A stretch of DNA of 64,000 nucleotides, from assembly GCA_964057225.1 (NCBI GenBank), contig OZ059900.1, positions 13,578,001 through 13,642,000 of the forward strand, given 5' to 3'. Of this stretch, positions 23,581-38,779 are shown piece by piece (position 1 is the stretch's first letter; every line of letters starts with the position of its first letter). A program made the translations under genes and the position numbers. The DNA is from Auanema rhodensis (Eukaryota; Animalia; Nematoda). The notes under the pieces are model-generated. The model did not search any database and was not told the origin of the DNA. It saw only the letters and a list, made by a program, of their open reading frames with translations.

Positions 23581-24942
23581 AACTGATTGTCTTTAATTAC
23601 TAAAAAAATATAAACAAGACATTATCACGCTATCAAAAAATTGGACGAACAAATAATTACATTTTAAAAATTTTTTCAAAGAATGTTTTGAGAATAGTTT
23701 TGGAGAAAAACTCCTGTGGAATTGTTAGCAGGTTGGTTTACAGACTACGTAATAAAATCAAACCACACCTGCTCTACGAGCTAACCAGTCAAAAGTAGGG
23801 CATTGATAAAATAATAAGCGCTACACATGATAAGACCAAAACTATAGATAAAATCATGAACAAAAGCCTAGAGTGGAATATGTTACAAAGAGCAATCTTC
23901 ATCATTCTCTAAGACCTGTCAATTTACTTCATTGTCGATAAGAAAAAGTGCTGTGCTTGAAGAAACGAAGAAAATTCTTAAAACTGATTGAACTAAAGTA
24001 TTACCACACAAACGTACAAGATATCAATCAATTTTCTACTCTTCACAATTATAGAAACTACGCACACAACAGCTATTTAACATATCGTTAGAAAAATGAA
24101 TTTTTTCAAACAAGTTACGAAAAAACCAACAATAAACAAACTAACAACAATAAATAATGTTCAATTAATGATAAAATTTAATAATTTTGAGTCAGTTCTC
24201 TCAGAGCAATATGAAGCGCAATGTATTTTTTAAAAATAGACAGATAGGGGTCTGCAACAAAAAAGTTTTCCAAATATCTATAATACCGAAAACAAAATGA
24301 ATATTGTCAAAAACAACTTTAAACAGATTTATATCAGACATAAAAGTTATGAATTTGAGGATCTACTGTTTCTAATAACATTGCAAAATTAAGAAATATA
24401 TATACCAAAGATCATATCAAAACAAAAAAAGTAGTTAGTTTCGGTGTAATAACATTTTTAAATATAGTATAACTCTAAGCATGAATATTCAAAAATTTGA
24501 TTGTTTTCGTATATCTGTTTGAAAACGGTAAATGAAACAAGATGTTGAAAATGATAACAAAGTGTATTTAAACATAGTGGATTAAAATAATAACCTCAAC
24601 TTCGATATATAATATTCATCAAGATCTAGTTGCATTTGTTGATAAATTGAAATTAACACATGAAATTAAAACTATATTTAAGCCAATATTATAAGAAATA
24701 TATATTCGCATGGTATACATTGAGTTTTAGATCGTCACGCCATTTACAGAACTATTTGTACGGTATATACTGTATACGCAATTACGTACAACTCTATAAA
24801 CAAGGTAAGTGATGACCTAGCTCGGCGTCACCTCACAGCTATAATAAATAAGCTGATTGCATTTGATTTGTTTTAATTTCTAAACTTTAATTCTATCAAC
24901 ATTAAGCTGAAATTTTGTGAATTTAATTTTTTTCAAGGTTGT

Positions 24943-27900
24943 ATGTTGCGCTTTATAAGGAATACACTTTCCAATTTACTGGACGATGAAGACCAGATAT
25001 CAGATTTCGTCTCCTATAAAAAAGTTTTTCTTCTCCTCCTATTTCGTAACTAAGGAATTTTTTTCAGATTGAGACTATAGGTTGTCCATCTCAAGTATCA
25101 GCTTTATCATTTGACGACTCTTTGGGATTATTGTTTATAGCATCATGTGAAGGAAAAATAATAATGTAAGTTTAAACTTTAATAACCATTACATATTATA
25201 TTTGAAGAATGGGAGGAGAAAAAACTATATGGAGTTGTTGGTTACCGAATGCAAACGAATATGTGCCTCAGAAGCTTCTGATAGCAAAGGGCTTTGGAAT
25301 GGCAGTAGTTGAAGCTTCCTCTCGTACCGAAACCAAATTGTTTCATATTTTTATAAGTGGTAAAGAGATTTTTTTTCTAACTTTCAACAATTCGTGTTCG
25401 TAAACAGGTAGACAATTAAAGATACTCGAAATTCCAAAAGATCATCGTTGGAAGGTGACTACCGCATGTGTAATAATAAAAAATTGCGACAATCGCCCTA
25501 TTCTTCTTCAAGGTACTGATGATATTTTTTCAATAATAATTTAGAAATATTTATTATTTTCAGGAACTCAAGGAGGTAACTTAGCGCAAATATATTTGGA
25601 TAATTTTTCTTGCGAAGAATTTCTCCGATCTGATTCTCCTCTTAATGAAAAGTTTGCGTGACAACAAACCGTTTTTTTCTCACTAGTTAATTCAGGCGTT
25701 TAAATTCATTTCCAATTATTCATTTGGTTGCTTCTCCTGATTTTTCAATGTTAGCTGTTGTTCAAATGACGAACACTATAAAGGAAACAGATTCAGAGAA
25801 TGTAGAAAGCGAAAACAAATTCAAAAAATCTGATTGTTTTATAACAATAATTGATGTCAAAACGCAACAAATCATTCGTGAATCAGCTCTTGATGTTGAT
25901 TCTGTTATGATAGAGGTTGATTGGTTTGCACCATTGAGAAATGATATCTTATTTTTTCAGAATTTAATATGGTCCTTAGCAAACTTAGTATGTATTCAAC
26001 TTACAAATGGAACTTGTATTGAGTAAGTGCTCCAAATTTTAACTTTTATTTCTTAGTATAGCTATCATTTATCTTGTGAACCAATGATAAACAATCCACA
26101 GACCATGTTTGGTGCATTTCCATCGAAAGGACTTAAACAAATTCAATATTGTGAATGTAAAAGGTTAGTTGTTTTTTTAGAATAAGCTATTGTAACATTT
26201 TGTTTATAGAAATGGGGATGAAAAAATTTTGTTATTCATTGGAGGAGTTTTGGATACTGTTTTTGGAGACCGACATATAGTAACTTTAAAATCTAAAAGG
26301 AAAACATGTAGTTTTGAATTGGGTTCACCCGTTCTTAATATAGAAGTTGTTCAAGAATATGATGAAGATGGTATTTGTATTTTTATTTCCTTTTCATGTT
26401 ATATATTTAAGATAAAAAATTGTATGCCTCTACTCTGATAATTCTAGCTAAAAAAGAGATAGTCTTTATCGATTTACAAGATGAGCATTGGCGTCCATTA
26501 CCACCACGCTTTCTTTTTCCAATGGATGCTCATGATGTTTGTTTACACTTCAAGTTAATTTTTATATTCAATATTGTCAGATTACTTGCACAGAAAATAT
26601 AGCCGATATTACAACAACATTAATTCAAGAGTTAAAAGAAGTAAGTCAATAATGTTCTTCTGTACTTATTTTTGTCAAGGCATCAGAGCAGAACTGGGCA
26701 AGTGATTCAAGATACAGCCCTCGTTTGCATCCACAAACAGATACTTATTTTAACAAAGTTGCACAAAACAGTACATCTTCAAATGAAAGCACTTGTCGCC
26801 AGCTTTTATTAGTTGGGTAAATTACACATAATAAGATAATGGTAAACAAGTAGTGTTTATAGATTTTCTGATGGGACGTTAAATGTTATAAATGCTGGCG
26901 AAAAAAATTGTACAACGCTTTTTCGAATAGATACAAAACTTGAGTATGATAATGATTCAAATTTCGAACAATCTAGCGTGAGCGACTCAAGCGAAAGCGA
27001 ATTCCATTTTTGTAAAGTGGGCACATACGACCCATACTCTGATGATCCAGGGCTTGAGCTGTTGTGTGTCACGATGGACAAGAATACTGGTTTGATAGCG
27101 ATGGGAACCAAAATGGGCACTATTTTTGTGCATGAACCGAGTCTTAAATCAAGTGTGAGTTACTCTCAAAGCAATTACTATCAAAAAGTCTGTTTCGTTT
27201 CAGAGTTATGTTCCTGACGTTTTGGAAATAACAATGGCAGATTCTACCATAATGTCACATTCTAAAGTGAAAAAGATTCAGCCCGCAACAAACATGCCAA
27301 GAACAACTGAGAAAACATACATTCCTGGATATCAACCATACGCTGTGGCGGAAAAAAAAAGGCAAGTATCCTAAAAAGTATTTGTATTATAATACATTTT
27401 CTAGTTTTTATTTGCAATGTAATCCGAATACGCCAATATTTTCTATCTCTCTTCTTGGTGGCCGTGATCTCTTGGCATTCGGAACTGAATTCGGGTTTGC
27501 AGTAGTTCATTTACGAAGTAACACAGTTATATTTAAAAAGTCATTCATAGATCTTCATGGTGTGAAATTGTTTCATTTATCTGTTTTAAAAAAAATATTA
27601 CTAGATCTGCATGAAATTTGTTTGCCCACTGACACATGGAGTGTTTTCAAATCAATGAAGAAATCTATACGCGATACATTCCGACGAAGAAAACGAACAC
27701 GAGACGAAGAGCTTTCAACTCAAAATCATGATAATGCACTTGAAGATAACGATAACAATGACGATTTAAAACCAATTGAAAGAAAAATCGAAGGACGATC
27801 ATATCGAAAAGGCCTGTGAACACTGAAATATTTTGCTAAATGCTATTCTTCAGATGAGTATAAACCTTGGTTAGTCCGAGTTGTAAAATTCATCCAACTT

Positions 27901-28671
27901 CCATGGATATCAGGAATTGTGAGTCACAACATACTTAAATATATTGTACTTTGTTTTACAGGCAACAGATATTTTATTTGTTGGAACTAATGGAGGTAAC
28001 CTGCTGTGTCTTTCAATCCATGACTCAGAGAGCAAGTTATCAATTACTCTTGAAAAAGAAATACTGTTATCACATGGTGCTCCTATTATAAATGTGGAAC
28101 ACTTTGTTGATCTTTCTTCAAAGGTATGATCATTTATGAGGTGATTTCTTTGAGTGAATCTATGTAAATTATAGGGTGGCGCAGTTTCACGTCTCCTCAT
28201 TGTCACGCAAGAGCAAATTCGTCTATATATAGTGCCTGTTTTGAAGTGCACCAATTTCAAATTAAAGTTAACTCGCCGAGAAGGCATTAAAGCGCGAAAG
28301 AGCAAAATCATTCAACTTGTTTCTGAATACGGTACTGCTATAAACTTTCGTGAACAAATTTCATTTTTTCAGAAGATCACAAGCATAATTTTTTAATGAT
28401 TTTAACTAATATGGGAGAAATTCGTATTCAATCTCTAACAAACCCTGGAAAATATATAAATCTCCCACTATCATTGGTAATTGAATGTGAACTTGAAAAC
28501 ATCTCAAAATTTCTCCAATTTTAGGCTAATAACCATTTGGCAATGGAACATGCGGTTTTAACGTCACGTGGCGAATTCATATATTTAAGAACCGGTCAAT
28601 CAGAATTTCAGAGAATAATTTGCTCAATATATACGTGTCCTGAATGGAGCAGTGAAACATCTAGTTCGTAA
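24943..28671 (+). CDS. lgl-1: Lethal giant larvae (LLGL) WD40 protein
   Basis: GCPSQVSALSFDDSLGLL, KVGTYDPYSDDP, LLAFGTEFGFAVV, aPKC-site region FKSMKKSIRDTFRRRK, KPIERKIEGRS, LFVGTNGG. Multi-exon. Confidence 0.85.
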
Positions 28672-29292
28672 TAGAACTTGCAAAAATCATTGACTTTATA
28701 TATACTTTGAACGTTATTCATGCTTGAAGTGTTTCTTCAAACGTTGTTTCCAGTTAATACTAATAAAAACTCAGTTGTACTATTGTTACAATGAATAAAA
28801 ATGAATACAGGTAGAAACAAAGTCTCAAAAACATTGATATGTATGATGCTTAGCTGTTCGAAATAAAACTGTAACTGAAACATGATGTCTATTCTTCAGT
28901 ATGTCATAATGGTACCAAACGCAAACATCTGTAAACCACGATAGTTCAAAAAAAATCGATAAGAAATCTTGATAAGTCAAAACGTATTCTTTAACAGAGT
29001 TGGATTTTCTTCATTTGTCTGAGAATTAATATTATTTCTGAGTTGTTTAATAAATAAACTAGAAGTAGTTTGTGTTAATCATATAAAATCAGTATCTATT
29101 TTGTAGCCAACAGAAAATGGATATTTATATAACTGCATAATTAAAGTATGAACATTTAACTTCTGGTCACAAGCTTATTAGACATGGGTATGGAGGGGGG
29201 AGGGGGAGTGGTCAAGTATATATTGCACAAAATGCAAACACTTTAACCTACGTCTCATAGCATACAAGAAACCTACAAAAATATATACATAA

Positions 29293-29372
29293 TCCTGAGT
29301 TTAAGAAAAAAATCCTGAGTTTAATAAATTCCTGAGTTAATAATTCCTGAGTATGATGTTTTTTTCCTGAGT
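29293..29372 (-). promoter_or_regulatory. Five clustered lin-4 complementary elements in the lin-14 3'UTR
   Basis: TCCTGAGT on + (ACUCAGGA in mRNA) at 29293, 29313, 29330, 29345, 29365; complementary to lin-4 5' UCCCUGAG with one bulged C. Confidence 0.85.
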
Positions 29373-29554
29373 TGGCAAAGAGACCAAAATTGGCATCAAC
29401 TGAGAATACAATAATAACAAACAAAACAAGCAAGCCATTGAACGATTTGTGATTAATCTAAAGCTAGAAAAAGGTTATATGAATTTCGAAGAAAAAAAAA
29501 ATATATATACATATATTTTTTGAAAAAAATGTATATATGCGTCTTCAATATAGT

Positions 29555-32543
29555 TTAATCCATGAATGTGCTATATCGGTTGATTTCTGGAGACGTATTA
29601 GGAGATGATCCATTATGGACCTCATCTTTAACTGTTTTTTCACGAGCTGCTAACAACTCCTCTTCATGACGTGATTTAGTTTTTTTGGCATGTCTCACTC
29701 GGCGGCATCTGAGAGAAAGTTATAGAAAGAAAAAACTTAAAAAAAAAATAAGATACCTGGCGGCAAGCTTTTTTGTAGCATCTCTAAAAGCATCCCAAAA
29801 TTCCTCTTCTCGAGAAAATTTATCTCCCATTACTTTTCGGCAAACATCTGTAACATAAATAACTTTTCAAAAAGTTCAAATGATAAAAATACGAACGTTG
29901 AATATAAATTATCCCCTCGACTGGCAGATTTGAATAATTAGAATGATTGAGCCCAGCCACAGTTGTCATCGACATTAATTTGGCTCCAAAAACTCGTTTT
30001 TCAGCAAGCTTTTTGCATAATTGTACTAAAGATTCTTTGGCATGTGTCTCCTCAAACTTTTTGTTCTGTATCATTTGTTGGACAATCTGCTGCTCCGAAA
30101 CTGCACGAAAGGCTGTAAGCAAAAAAAATAAATCACACACTAGGTTATAAATATCATACATGGATCGCATTTAAGTGCTTCGGGGACCGGGATTTGAATA
30201 CGAGATATTCGAGTTTCGCTGAGATCTTGCTGATCTCTAATAATTTTCACATAATCATCAGACGAGTGTTTCTGAATTATAACAATTAGGAAAAACTAGT
30301 AAGTATTTGTTTAAAATATAGTTTTCGAGAACTTATTATCTATTTCATTTGTCTTTACTTACTCTTCTCTTTTCTTGAGTTCCATACGAGTTTTTACTTG
30401 AGCTTGCAACAGATTTTATTGTAACCAAGCCAGAATTGGTCCCACTACTTTGATCAGATGCTGAAGAAAGGTCATCATAAGTTTTTCTTTCTTCTGGACT
30501 GGATGAAGCATGTTGAATCCCAACAGAAGAACTGGATGATTCACTTCCATCCAGACCAACAATGTCAATATTCGTTTTATCTCCTGAAAATTAATTTTAA
30601 AAATTTCATTCATTCAAATAGCCAAGGTTTATGACAAACCACTGTTGCTATCAGCACTAGAGGGACTCCATTTTGCTTCAGAGCTATGCGGCTGTCCATT
30701 AGTCAGCTGTTCTGTGTTCGTAGTCAGTGGAGGAGAGCTTACACGGATTGGAGGAGCACTCCATGGCCAATTGTTAAGACTATGAAATAGCACACTGGGT
30801 AGAGGAACAACTAAATTTTTAGTATATAATTGAATTTTAATGCTATTTTCCTTACAACTATTAGTAGAGGGTACGGGTCGCACAGCAATAGGACACTCCG
30901 GTTGGGAGCCCATTGCTGCTGGACGCTTTCTACTTATTGACGTTGAAGTAACTGAATTGTTGCAAGGGTTGCTGACAGACGTCGTCCCAGTCAATTCTGG
31001 AGAGGATGTCATACATCCAGTAGTAGTTGAAGACAACGATGATAAGTGAGCTGTTTGCTGCTGAATAAATGAGCAAAGCAGCTGAGTTAGCGATCCAAAC
31101 TGCTGTTTCATTTCTTGTAACTCCCTAAAAAAAAATTTAAATATTAGAATTTCTATTTGTGTATGAAATATATCTATTTATTAATTTTGAAAAATATGAG
31201 ATAAATTATTCAGTACTCTTGTTTTGTTTTTCAAACTAGGCTATAGCTAGTTAAAAAAATCATATTTGTTATTTTGTATTCTGTATTTTTTTCAAGAATT
31301 TCATGAAATAAAAACCAGACTTAAAAATTCGGTCAGCTGCTTATATATTAGAAATTTCTTTCTATCTCTAATAAATTGTTTAAAATATTTCAGTTTATTG
31401 CTATTACATCATTCTAATTCGTGAATTGTCTTTTTCGCTGATGATGCCACTAATCATGATTCTTAGATACTCTCACTTTTAGCCCAACACAGTTTTATTC
31501 TCCTTATAGTTCCATAACTATGCTTTTGTCTCGGCTTATAGAATGTTGGATGAAGTTGTGAGGAAGATGGCACCCAGCAATGACATAGACAGATTGGATA
31601 GCGAAACTATGGAGTACAAACGGAAAGTAAAATAGATTGCCCCAAAGATAATAGAAACCAAAACTGAGAAAATAGAAGAGGAAGATCGATTGAAATATTC
31701 AAAGGAACGAAAAATAAATGTCGAAAAGATAAATGCGCGGGAGGAGAGAACTAGAACGAGGTTTAAATAATGGAATGTTACCGTAAAGGAATAGCACGTT
31801 GAAATAAGAGACTTCATAGAAAATGGATTAAAATGGAGAATAGAGATAGCGAGAGACAAAATATGAGTGAAAACCAAACGCATTTCAAAATCCAACCGAA
31901 ATGCTGGAGCGTTTTGATATAATCGCTCAAACAGGTTTCGTTTCTGCTTTTATTATATGTTTCTTTTGAACCTGTCCAGAAGGATATTCACAAATAGCAA
32001 ATTTTGTTACGTTTTTTTTAAATATTGATAAAGTTAAGAAACATTTTCAAATTTAATATTCAATAATTTTAATTACCTTCTCAGCTGCTTGCATTCGCTA
32101 CAAGCAGGTAATCCATTTACTACTCCATCTCTATCATTTACCCAAGTAGTCTCGATCGTACCATTTGTATTTGTTTGAGTCAGAAATTGAGCTTGTTGCT
32201 GAATGAAAAAATGTTGAAAACAAATTAATATAAAACAATATTTGAATACTCAAGGTGTGCGAATTTAAAATTATTGGATTTTACAACTTGATTCAATTAA
32301 AGAAGAGAAATAATATTTAAGGGAGCTTTCAGAGCAATTTCAAAATGTCTACACAAACCAATCTTAGTCTTTATCTTTATATAAATTAAATAAAAATTTT
32401 AAATTCATAAAATAAATATTTATATAATGTATTTGAAACCAAAACTTTAATTTATATAATTTTTTCAATAACTAATGAATTATAAATAAAAAATTAAATT
32501 ATACCTGAATGTACTCCTCCAGTCCCAATAAACAAAGGTTCAT
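29555..32543 (-). CDS. lin-14: Heterochronic transcription factor LIN-14 (BEN domain)
   Basis: AVSEQQIVQQ...LVQLCKKLAEKRVFGAKLMSMTTVAGLNHSNYSNLP...RCRRVRHAKKTK matches LIN-14. 5' exons MNLCLLGLEEYIQ and ...CSECKQLRRELQEMK. Longer upstream isoforms are possible. Confidence 0.93.
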
Positions 32544-35500
32544 GATGTATTCAGATTATTAACATATCTTCTAAAAAAACAAACATATAGTTATAATTTA
32601 GTTATTAATTGAAAACATTTCAAAGCGCGACATATAAGAGAACAGCAATATTAAATTAAAAGCATTATTATATACGTTTTTAATCCATAATTTTACTAAA
32701 CATATGATAAGTACATGTGCTACAAAACTGTTAACTGCTTCAAAATAGATATGTTGTAAAAATATATAGTTAAGGAAGATGATTGTTCAATGTCCTTTGC
32801 GGACGCCAGCGTGGTGGATAGACCAAGTAGAGAAGGAGTGTCCCTACGAACATACGGGCAGTTAAGCAGCAAATGAGATAACATGCGAAACGAAGAGAGT
32901 TGCAGACAGCAATGTGCCAGACAAATTTCATTCTCCCATCCAGTTAGTTTAACGCTGGAAAGAAGGCAAATGCGTAGTTATAAAGAGATGAAATGATGAA
33001 GAGATGCTGGTGCGTTTAAAAGAACGGAATACAAACGAAAGAAGAAAGTTTCTGAAGTGAAAGGGCAGAAGGCATTGATGAGTTTCCTGGAGTCTCGCTC
33101 TAGTTTCTCTATTTCTCTTAGTTCTGCCATTTCTCATAGCATCAGCGTAATCCTTCTTTCTACGTTCTTTTCTTGTGTCGTCAATTGACAAGGCATTTCT
33201 TCATGCAAGCATATATCTACGTATGTTTCAGTGTAATGAAGCAATATTATGTCTGACGCTGTGCCCTTTTTTTCAATGTTGTGTGTTTAAGTTTGGACGA
33301 ATGTTGAAGGACAACAAGAGCTTAAAAATGATAAGAAATCCGCCAAAAAAAACACAGAACAAAACAAAAAAAACAACAAAAAACAATTAGAAATCTTAAA
33401 ATAATTGTTTTAGTAAACAGTTCTCTGAAAATAGTATAGAAAACTGAATTGCCTGCATGGAAAGTAAAGAATGAAAGCTTAGAAAATTGTTGGATAGGAT
33501 GAAAGTGCGAGAACACGAGAGCTCGAGAGAAAATAGGAAGAATTGAAACAAACGAGGGAGTGCAAGAATGAGAGATATGAGAAAGCGAGAATTTATGTTG
33601 CAAGAAGAAACAGAAAGTTGTTCCCAAAGGGTGTATACACTTCCGATTGCTAGTACTAGGCAGCAAAAAGACATAAAAGGCTGGGAATGCGGAGATGAAT
33701 GGGGAAGATTGAAACGCGATGTTGAGCGAAAGAGAGACAAATAATACTCATTCATTCAAAATATGAAAGACAGCAAGACGGAACAATTTTATTACTAAAA
33801 AAATTGAGAAAAAAAAACAAGTAACTCAATAATAATGAAAAATCAAAACAACAAAATGAATTAAATTCAAAACCACAAACATCATTGCAAAAGAAGAAAA
33901 TGTTCAAAAATCTTTAAATGTGAGAACAATCATTTTGCTAGAATAGAAATGAACAAGCTTCATATGATTTGATTCTTGTGGAACAATTATGATCAGTTTC
34001 ATTCAGATTTTTCTGTGTTCTTTTTTCATCACAGCATTCAAGCTTATTCTTATAATCCGGTTTTTCGAAATTGCGCTGTATCAATAGAAGGCATTGAAAA
34101 GAGAAAATAGAGACCAACTGCCACGCATAGAGGTTTTAAAAACTTAGTTCGCTTCTCGAATTCTTTCAATATATAGTCTCTTAGCAAATGAATTTAATAA
34201 TATTTTTGTGATTTTTTCATTCATATAACTATGCGAATAAACAAATTATACATACATATATCTATATATGGTAGAAATTGTCTAAAGAAAAGTTTTTTTT
34301 CAATATTCAGGAAGCAGTAGCATTTGTAGGATTTTTCTACTGAATATCTGAATATTACTTCAGCCTAATATATTGATAGCTAACGATGCGCATGGAACAT
34401 GAGTGATAGCAATGACTATTCATTCACAAACTTGGTGTGTTGATAAGCAATAGTCTCCAAAATTCTATGATAATATATGTTCTATTATAGAACAATCTTT
34501 ATTCATTTAGATAATCACTGTTACGCGCAAGCCCAAGAAGTACAACTAAGTTTCGTGATGCTGTAGAGCATTTGCACTTTAGTTTTACTCATCTACATAT
34601 TACTCTTGGTCTCCTGAGAAAAGCATATTCAAACTGAAAATGTCTCTGACAAAGAGAAAGTGGATAAAACGAAAGAAGAATGAAAAGAACAAGAATTTGA
34701 TGTTTAGAACGACTTCAAATATAGCGAAGAAAAGGGGAGTGTATCGACAAGAGAACGGGTTGCAACGAGTGAGATAGCTCTTATTACGATGAGAGTGAAA
34801 ATTTGCAGCGCTGAAGCTTGGCGCATGATGCAGTGAAAGAATATTGGAAAATGTCGAAGGGCAAAGATGACGGACACATGGCTTAAATTCGTAGTTTAAC
34901 TATGCATAGTGCATAGTATAGTCAGAAATAAGTCGAGTTAAATAAAGTTTGTAACCAAACAAGGCGGAAAATAAAGACGATCTAATGCAGTTTAAAGTAA
35001 ATTGACAGAGAACTGGCACGAATGTTCGACTTTACACTCAACTTTTCCAAAAAATTATGGCTGTTACATTTATGATATAACTAATTAAATTTTCATAAAA
35101 ATTCAGATAAAAGCTTGCACACAGGAAAGCGTAGCAGAGAAGGGTGTCCGTTTTCGAATAGCGCATCGAGCAATGTTTTGAGTGCAAACAGAACAAAAAA
35201 GAGAATCACTTGAATGCTTGAATGCTTGATAACCGTTATTGAATGCAATACTTCGGTCAGCATTGGGTGGAATTGTTGGTTTCTGGCAAGATAACAATGA
35301 TGATTGAATCGATGAGCTGAAATCATGTTTCAAATTTCTAGATGAAAAAGCAGGTTTCACAATTGTAATATATTATTCCTATGGTCAATGAGATCAGAAG
35401 TTGCCCAACCGGAATATTTTCACAATCAACATTGGTAGAGGACATTTATGGTATGAGCTGCATTGAATACAAAAGAATCGAAATAATTATAGGAATTGCT

Positions 35501-35895
35501 TTAATAAAGAATACAGTTGTATTTTTGCAATAATAGAACAAACAGATTATTGCATCTTCTCAAAATTGTAATAAAACGGAAAACCTTGATTATTAAGAAA
35601 TTCCGAAACTCAATCAATACTCTAATTAAGATGATTTTCTCAAATATCACGGACCTTCTCATTTTAACATATCCACGAAAATTGTTATTGCTTTACAAAT
35701 ATGATTCATGTCCGATAACTTGCCGGAAAAATTGACAACCAAAAAATATGAGAAGAATTTATTACAAAACGTTTTCAAATCTTTTTTTTTCACACAAAAC
35801 ATTTTTAAAATTTTTATGAAAAGTGAGAATGGTAATGAAACAAATATATCAATTGATTACACATTGTAAGTTTATTTTTTCATTTTTTCTCTCAA

Positions 35896-38384
35896 CTAAT
35901 GGAAATGATTGTCTTCTTCTTTAACATGCTCCAGATTTTTCATGATTTAATCTTGCTTTTTCCTAAAATATTCAAAATATTAATTTTAATCTAAATTTAT
36001 ACTTAGCAATATATATATAGTTATAGACCCCTCGTGTGAAATAGAGCTTCTAACAGTTACAAACGTGTTCTTAGTCAAATGACATTTTCAAAACTCGATG
36101 CAAAACAAGCAAAAAAGAAATTGGAATTCAACATTTTTCGATTTCTATAAACGTATGTGAGCTTTTTAAAATTTTATTCAAAGCTCTACTTGGGGGAAGA
36201 GAAGAACATTTTAAAAATAATCTATATGTTCTTACATTTTCTTCTTTATCGTAAAGAATTATAAGAACGTTTTGAGAGTTACTCCAACTTTCAATTTCAT
36301 TAGCAATTAATACATCTGGCATCGAGAGAGCGTCGTGACCTCTACCAAATATCTGTAAGCAGATCTGGAGTCAGAAGAAAGAAAAATATATCAAATACCT
36401 TTGCTGATTGATCTGCTTTTAACATGAAATTTTCGGGAAAAATGAATTTTTTTTGTTCTTTATCACTTTTACACGTTATTTTCCAACCACTCATGTCTTC
36501 GTCTTTCGTACAGCTATTATTTTGAATTAAAATATAATTTCCATCAGACGAAAGTTCCTAAAAACAAAAACTGTTGAATCATTAGGAATCTTTAATGATA
36601 CAGCAATATTTATATTTCCTCGAGATGTTTTTTGCAAGTTGGTTCTTACTAAGGATTCAGTCATACGTATTCTTTTTGTGTCTGAAATAGCATACAATAG
36701 TTTGAAAAATAAAGTTAAGTGTACCTATTGTACTATCGCTCATTATAATATCAGTGCGTACTACTTGCTCTACTAATTGACGTAATCCGGCGCGGTTTTC
36801 TTCTCCTTCCAGCATTTTACGATAAATTGCGATTTCAGCATCCAATGTCTTGAATAAATTCATAAAACTAATTGAGAAAACAGTACTCACAGTCTTAGTG
36901 TCAAGAAGCATTTGCAACTCGAGTAGTAAAGTTTGACATTCATCTTGCAACTTTCTAATGTTAGTATCTCGATCGGTGATTGCTGCCTCGAACATTCTGA
37001 TTTTCCAAATTAATAGGTAATTAATCAAAAACTGGACAATTACCTGTGCTCATCTTCAATAATGTAAGTCAGATCTTCTATTTCTTTTTCAAGCATTACA
37101 TTTTTGCCTTCGATTTCACAAAGTCGAGTACGAAGTTCTTTCAATGTTGACTGATGTTGTGATATTTCCTCACGAGCAAATGAATGTTTGGCTGTGGAAG
37201 TTTTACTGTAAGTCTGAATTTCTTCAATTTTGATTCTATACCAAGACTCCATGTCTTTTTTGGTATTACTAGTAATCTGAAAGCTATTCTGTTGCAGAAA
37301 AAAAATTGAGCAAGTACAAACCAAGTCGTATTCTTCTCTAACATCCTTAATAGCAGAAGCAAGTTCTCTTTTGAAAAATTCTCTATTTTCTGGGGTTGTG
37401 TCTCTATGAGCATGCACAAGTAGTTCACTCATTTGCTGTAGATATAAATAGTTAGATATACTGTTAATACAAATAATATTACTCTAGATTGCTTCTCATT
37501 TATATAATGACATTCATCCAATAATTCTTGCACACGACTTTGATAACCAATGCGAGATAGCGACTCTTTATCAATATTCTAAACATAAAAATATGAAACA
37601 CTTACTGTTTTCTGTAGAAAATGAACAAAACAACTAACCTTCTTACAACGTGACAACTCTGCTAGTACACGTTGATTTTCTTTTTTCAGAAAACTTATTT
37701 CTTCTTCAAGTAACGCAATTCTTCGTTTGTATAAATTTATCTTAAACGTTTGTATATATGAAAGCTCATTTACTTTGAATATAGACAACTGACCTCAGTT
37801 TCAAGTTCACAAAGTTTCAATAAAAGACAATCATAATCAGTCAAGAACTGGGTGTGATCTTCCATTGCATGCTCAATTTTGCTTCTCAGCTTTGCCAGAT
37901 TTGGCATAAGATTTCTTAATTCATCTTCAAGTTTTTCACGTTCTTGATTGAAAAAGTTAATAGACTCAGTAGAATTCTTCAAAATATAAGTAATAAACAA
38001 CATTACAATCATAATACCTTTAACTTTGTTTCACAAATTGAACGTTTGGCCGTAGCATCATTGCCCCAACGACTTTTCATTGAAGTTAAATCAGTTTCCA
38101 TTTTTTTATTCTGAGCTTCTAGAAAGCGAACTTTTTCAATATAATTTGCAAGTCGATCATTTAAATCCGCAATTTCCTTCTTTTCTCTTTCGCGAGTTTC
38201 ACGAATTATTGATGTAAGTCCTTGTCCAGTTCCTGAGAATCCGGAACCACGAGCACTTTCTAAATAATTAAAATGCTTAATTTATGAATTTATAGTATAG
38301 CAACGTACGAGTGCCAGTATAAATATCTCGATGAAATGTTGATGTCATTATTGTAGATTTACTCAGAGGCACACTTTCAGTCAT
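35896..38384 (-). CDS. Cytoplasmic intermediate filament protein, IFA-type, with lamin-tail domain
   Basis: [31 protein letters not shown] (coil 1A), [31 protein letters not shown] (coil 2 end), [12 protein letters not shown]...DMSGWKI...FIFPENF. Confidence 0.9.
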
Positions 38385-38779
38385 TCTAGAAAAAGATTAT
38401 TGAAATACAAAAAATAACAAGAAATGAATATTCTGATGTATTAAAATATGAAAAAAATTCAATTGATTAGTTTAGTTTTGATTTGGTTAATTGTAATGGA
38501 ATTAAATTGTTTACATGGTATACATTCACTGGTATATGCAAACAAAATGAAGCAGTAATTCTTGCTTTTAATAAAAAATATCATAAAAAAGAAAAAAGTT
38601 TGTAAACATATATTCACAAACAACATGTTTAAAAACAGACATCATTGTAATAGTGATAGCCCATTTGAATTCTGGTAAGCAATATGAAGTTTAGTACATA
38701 TTCAGTAACATCAGTACTTCATTTGAATATTTCAAATGGTAATAGGTTTATATTTCACTATTTACATACAGAAAATATT

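Noticed and set aside
28809-28814. let-7 site in the distal lin-14 3'UTR
   Set aside because: Only an offset 6-mer (CUACCU), expected by chance, and the UTR extent is unknown.
31536-35735. Phe/Ser/Leu-rich ORFs in the lin-14 intron and upstream region
   Set aside because: Low-complexity purine/pyrimidine-biased non-coding DNA with no consistent exon chain.
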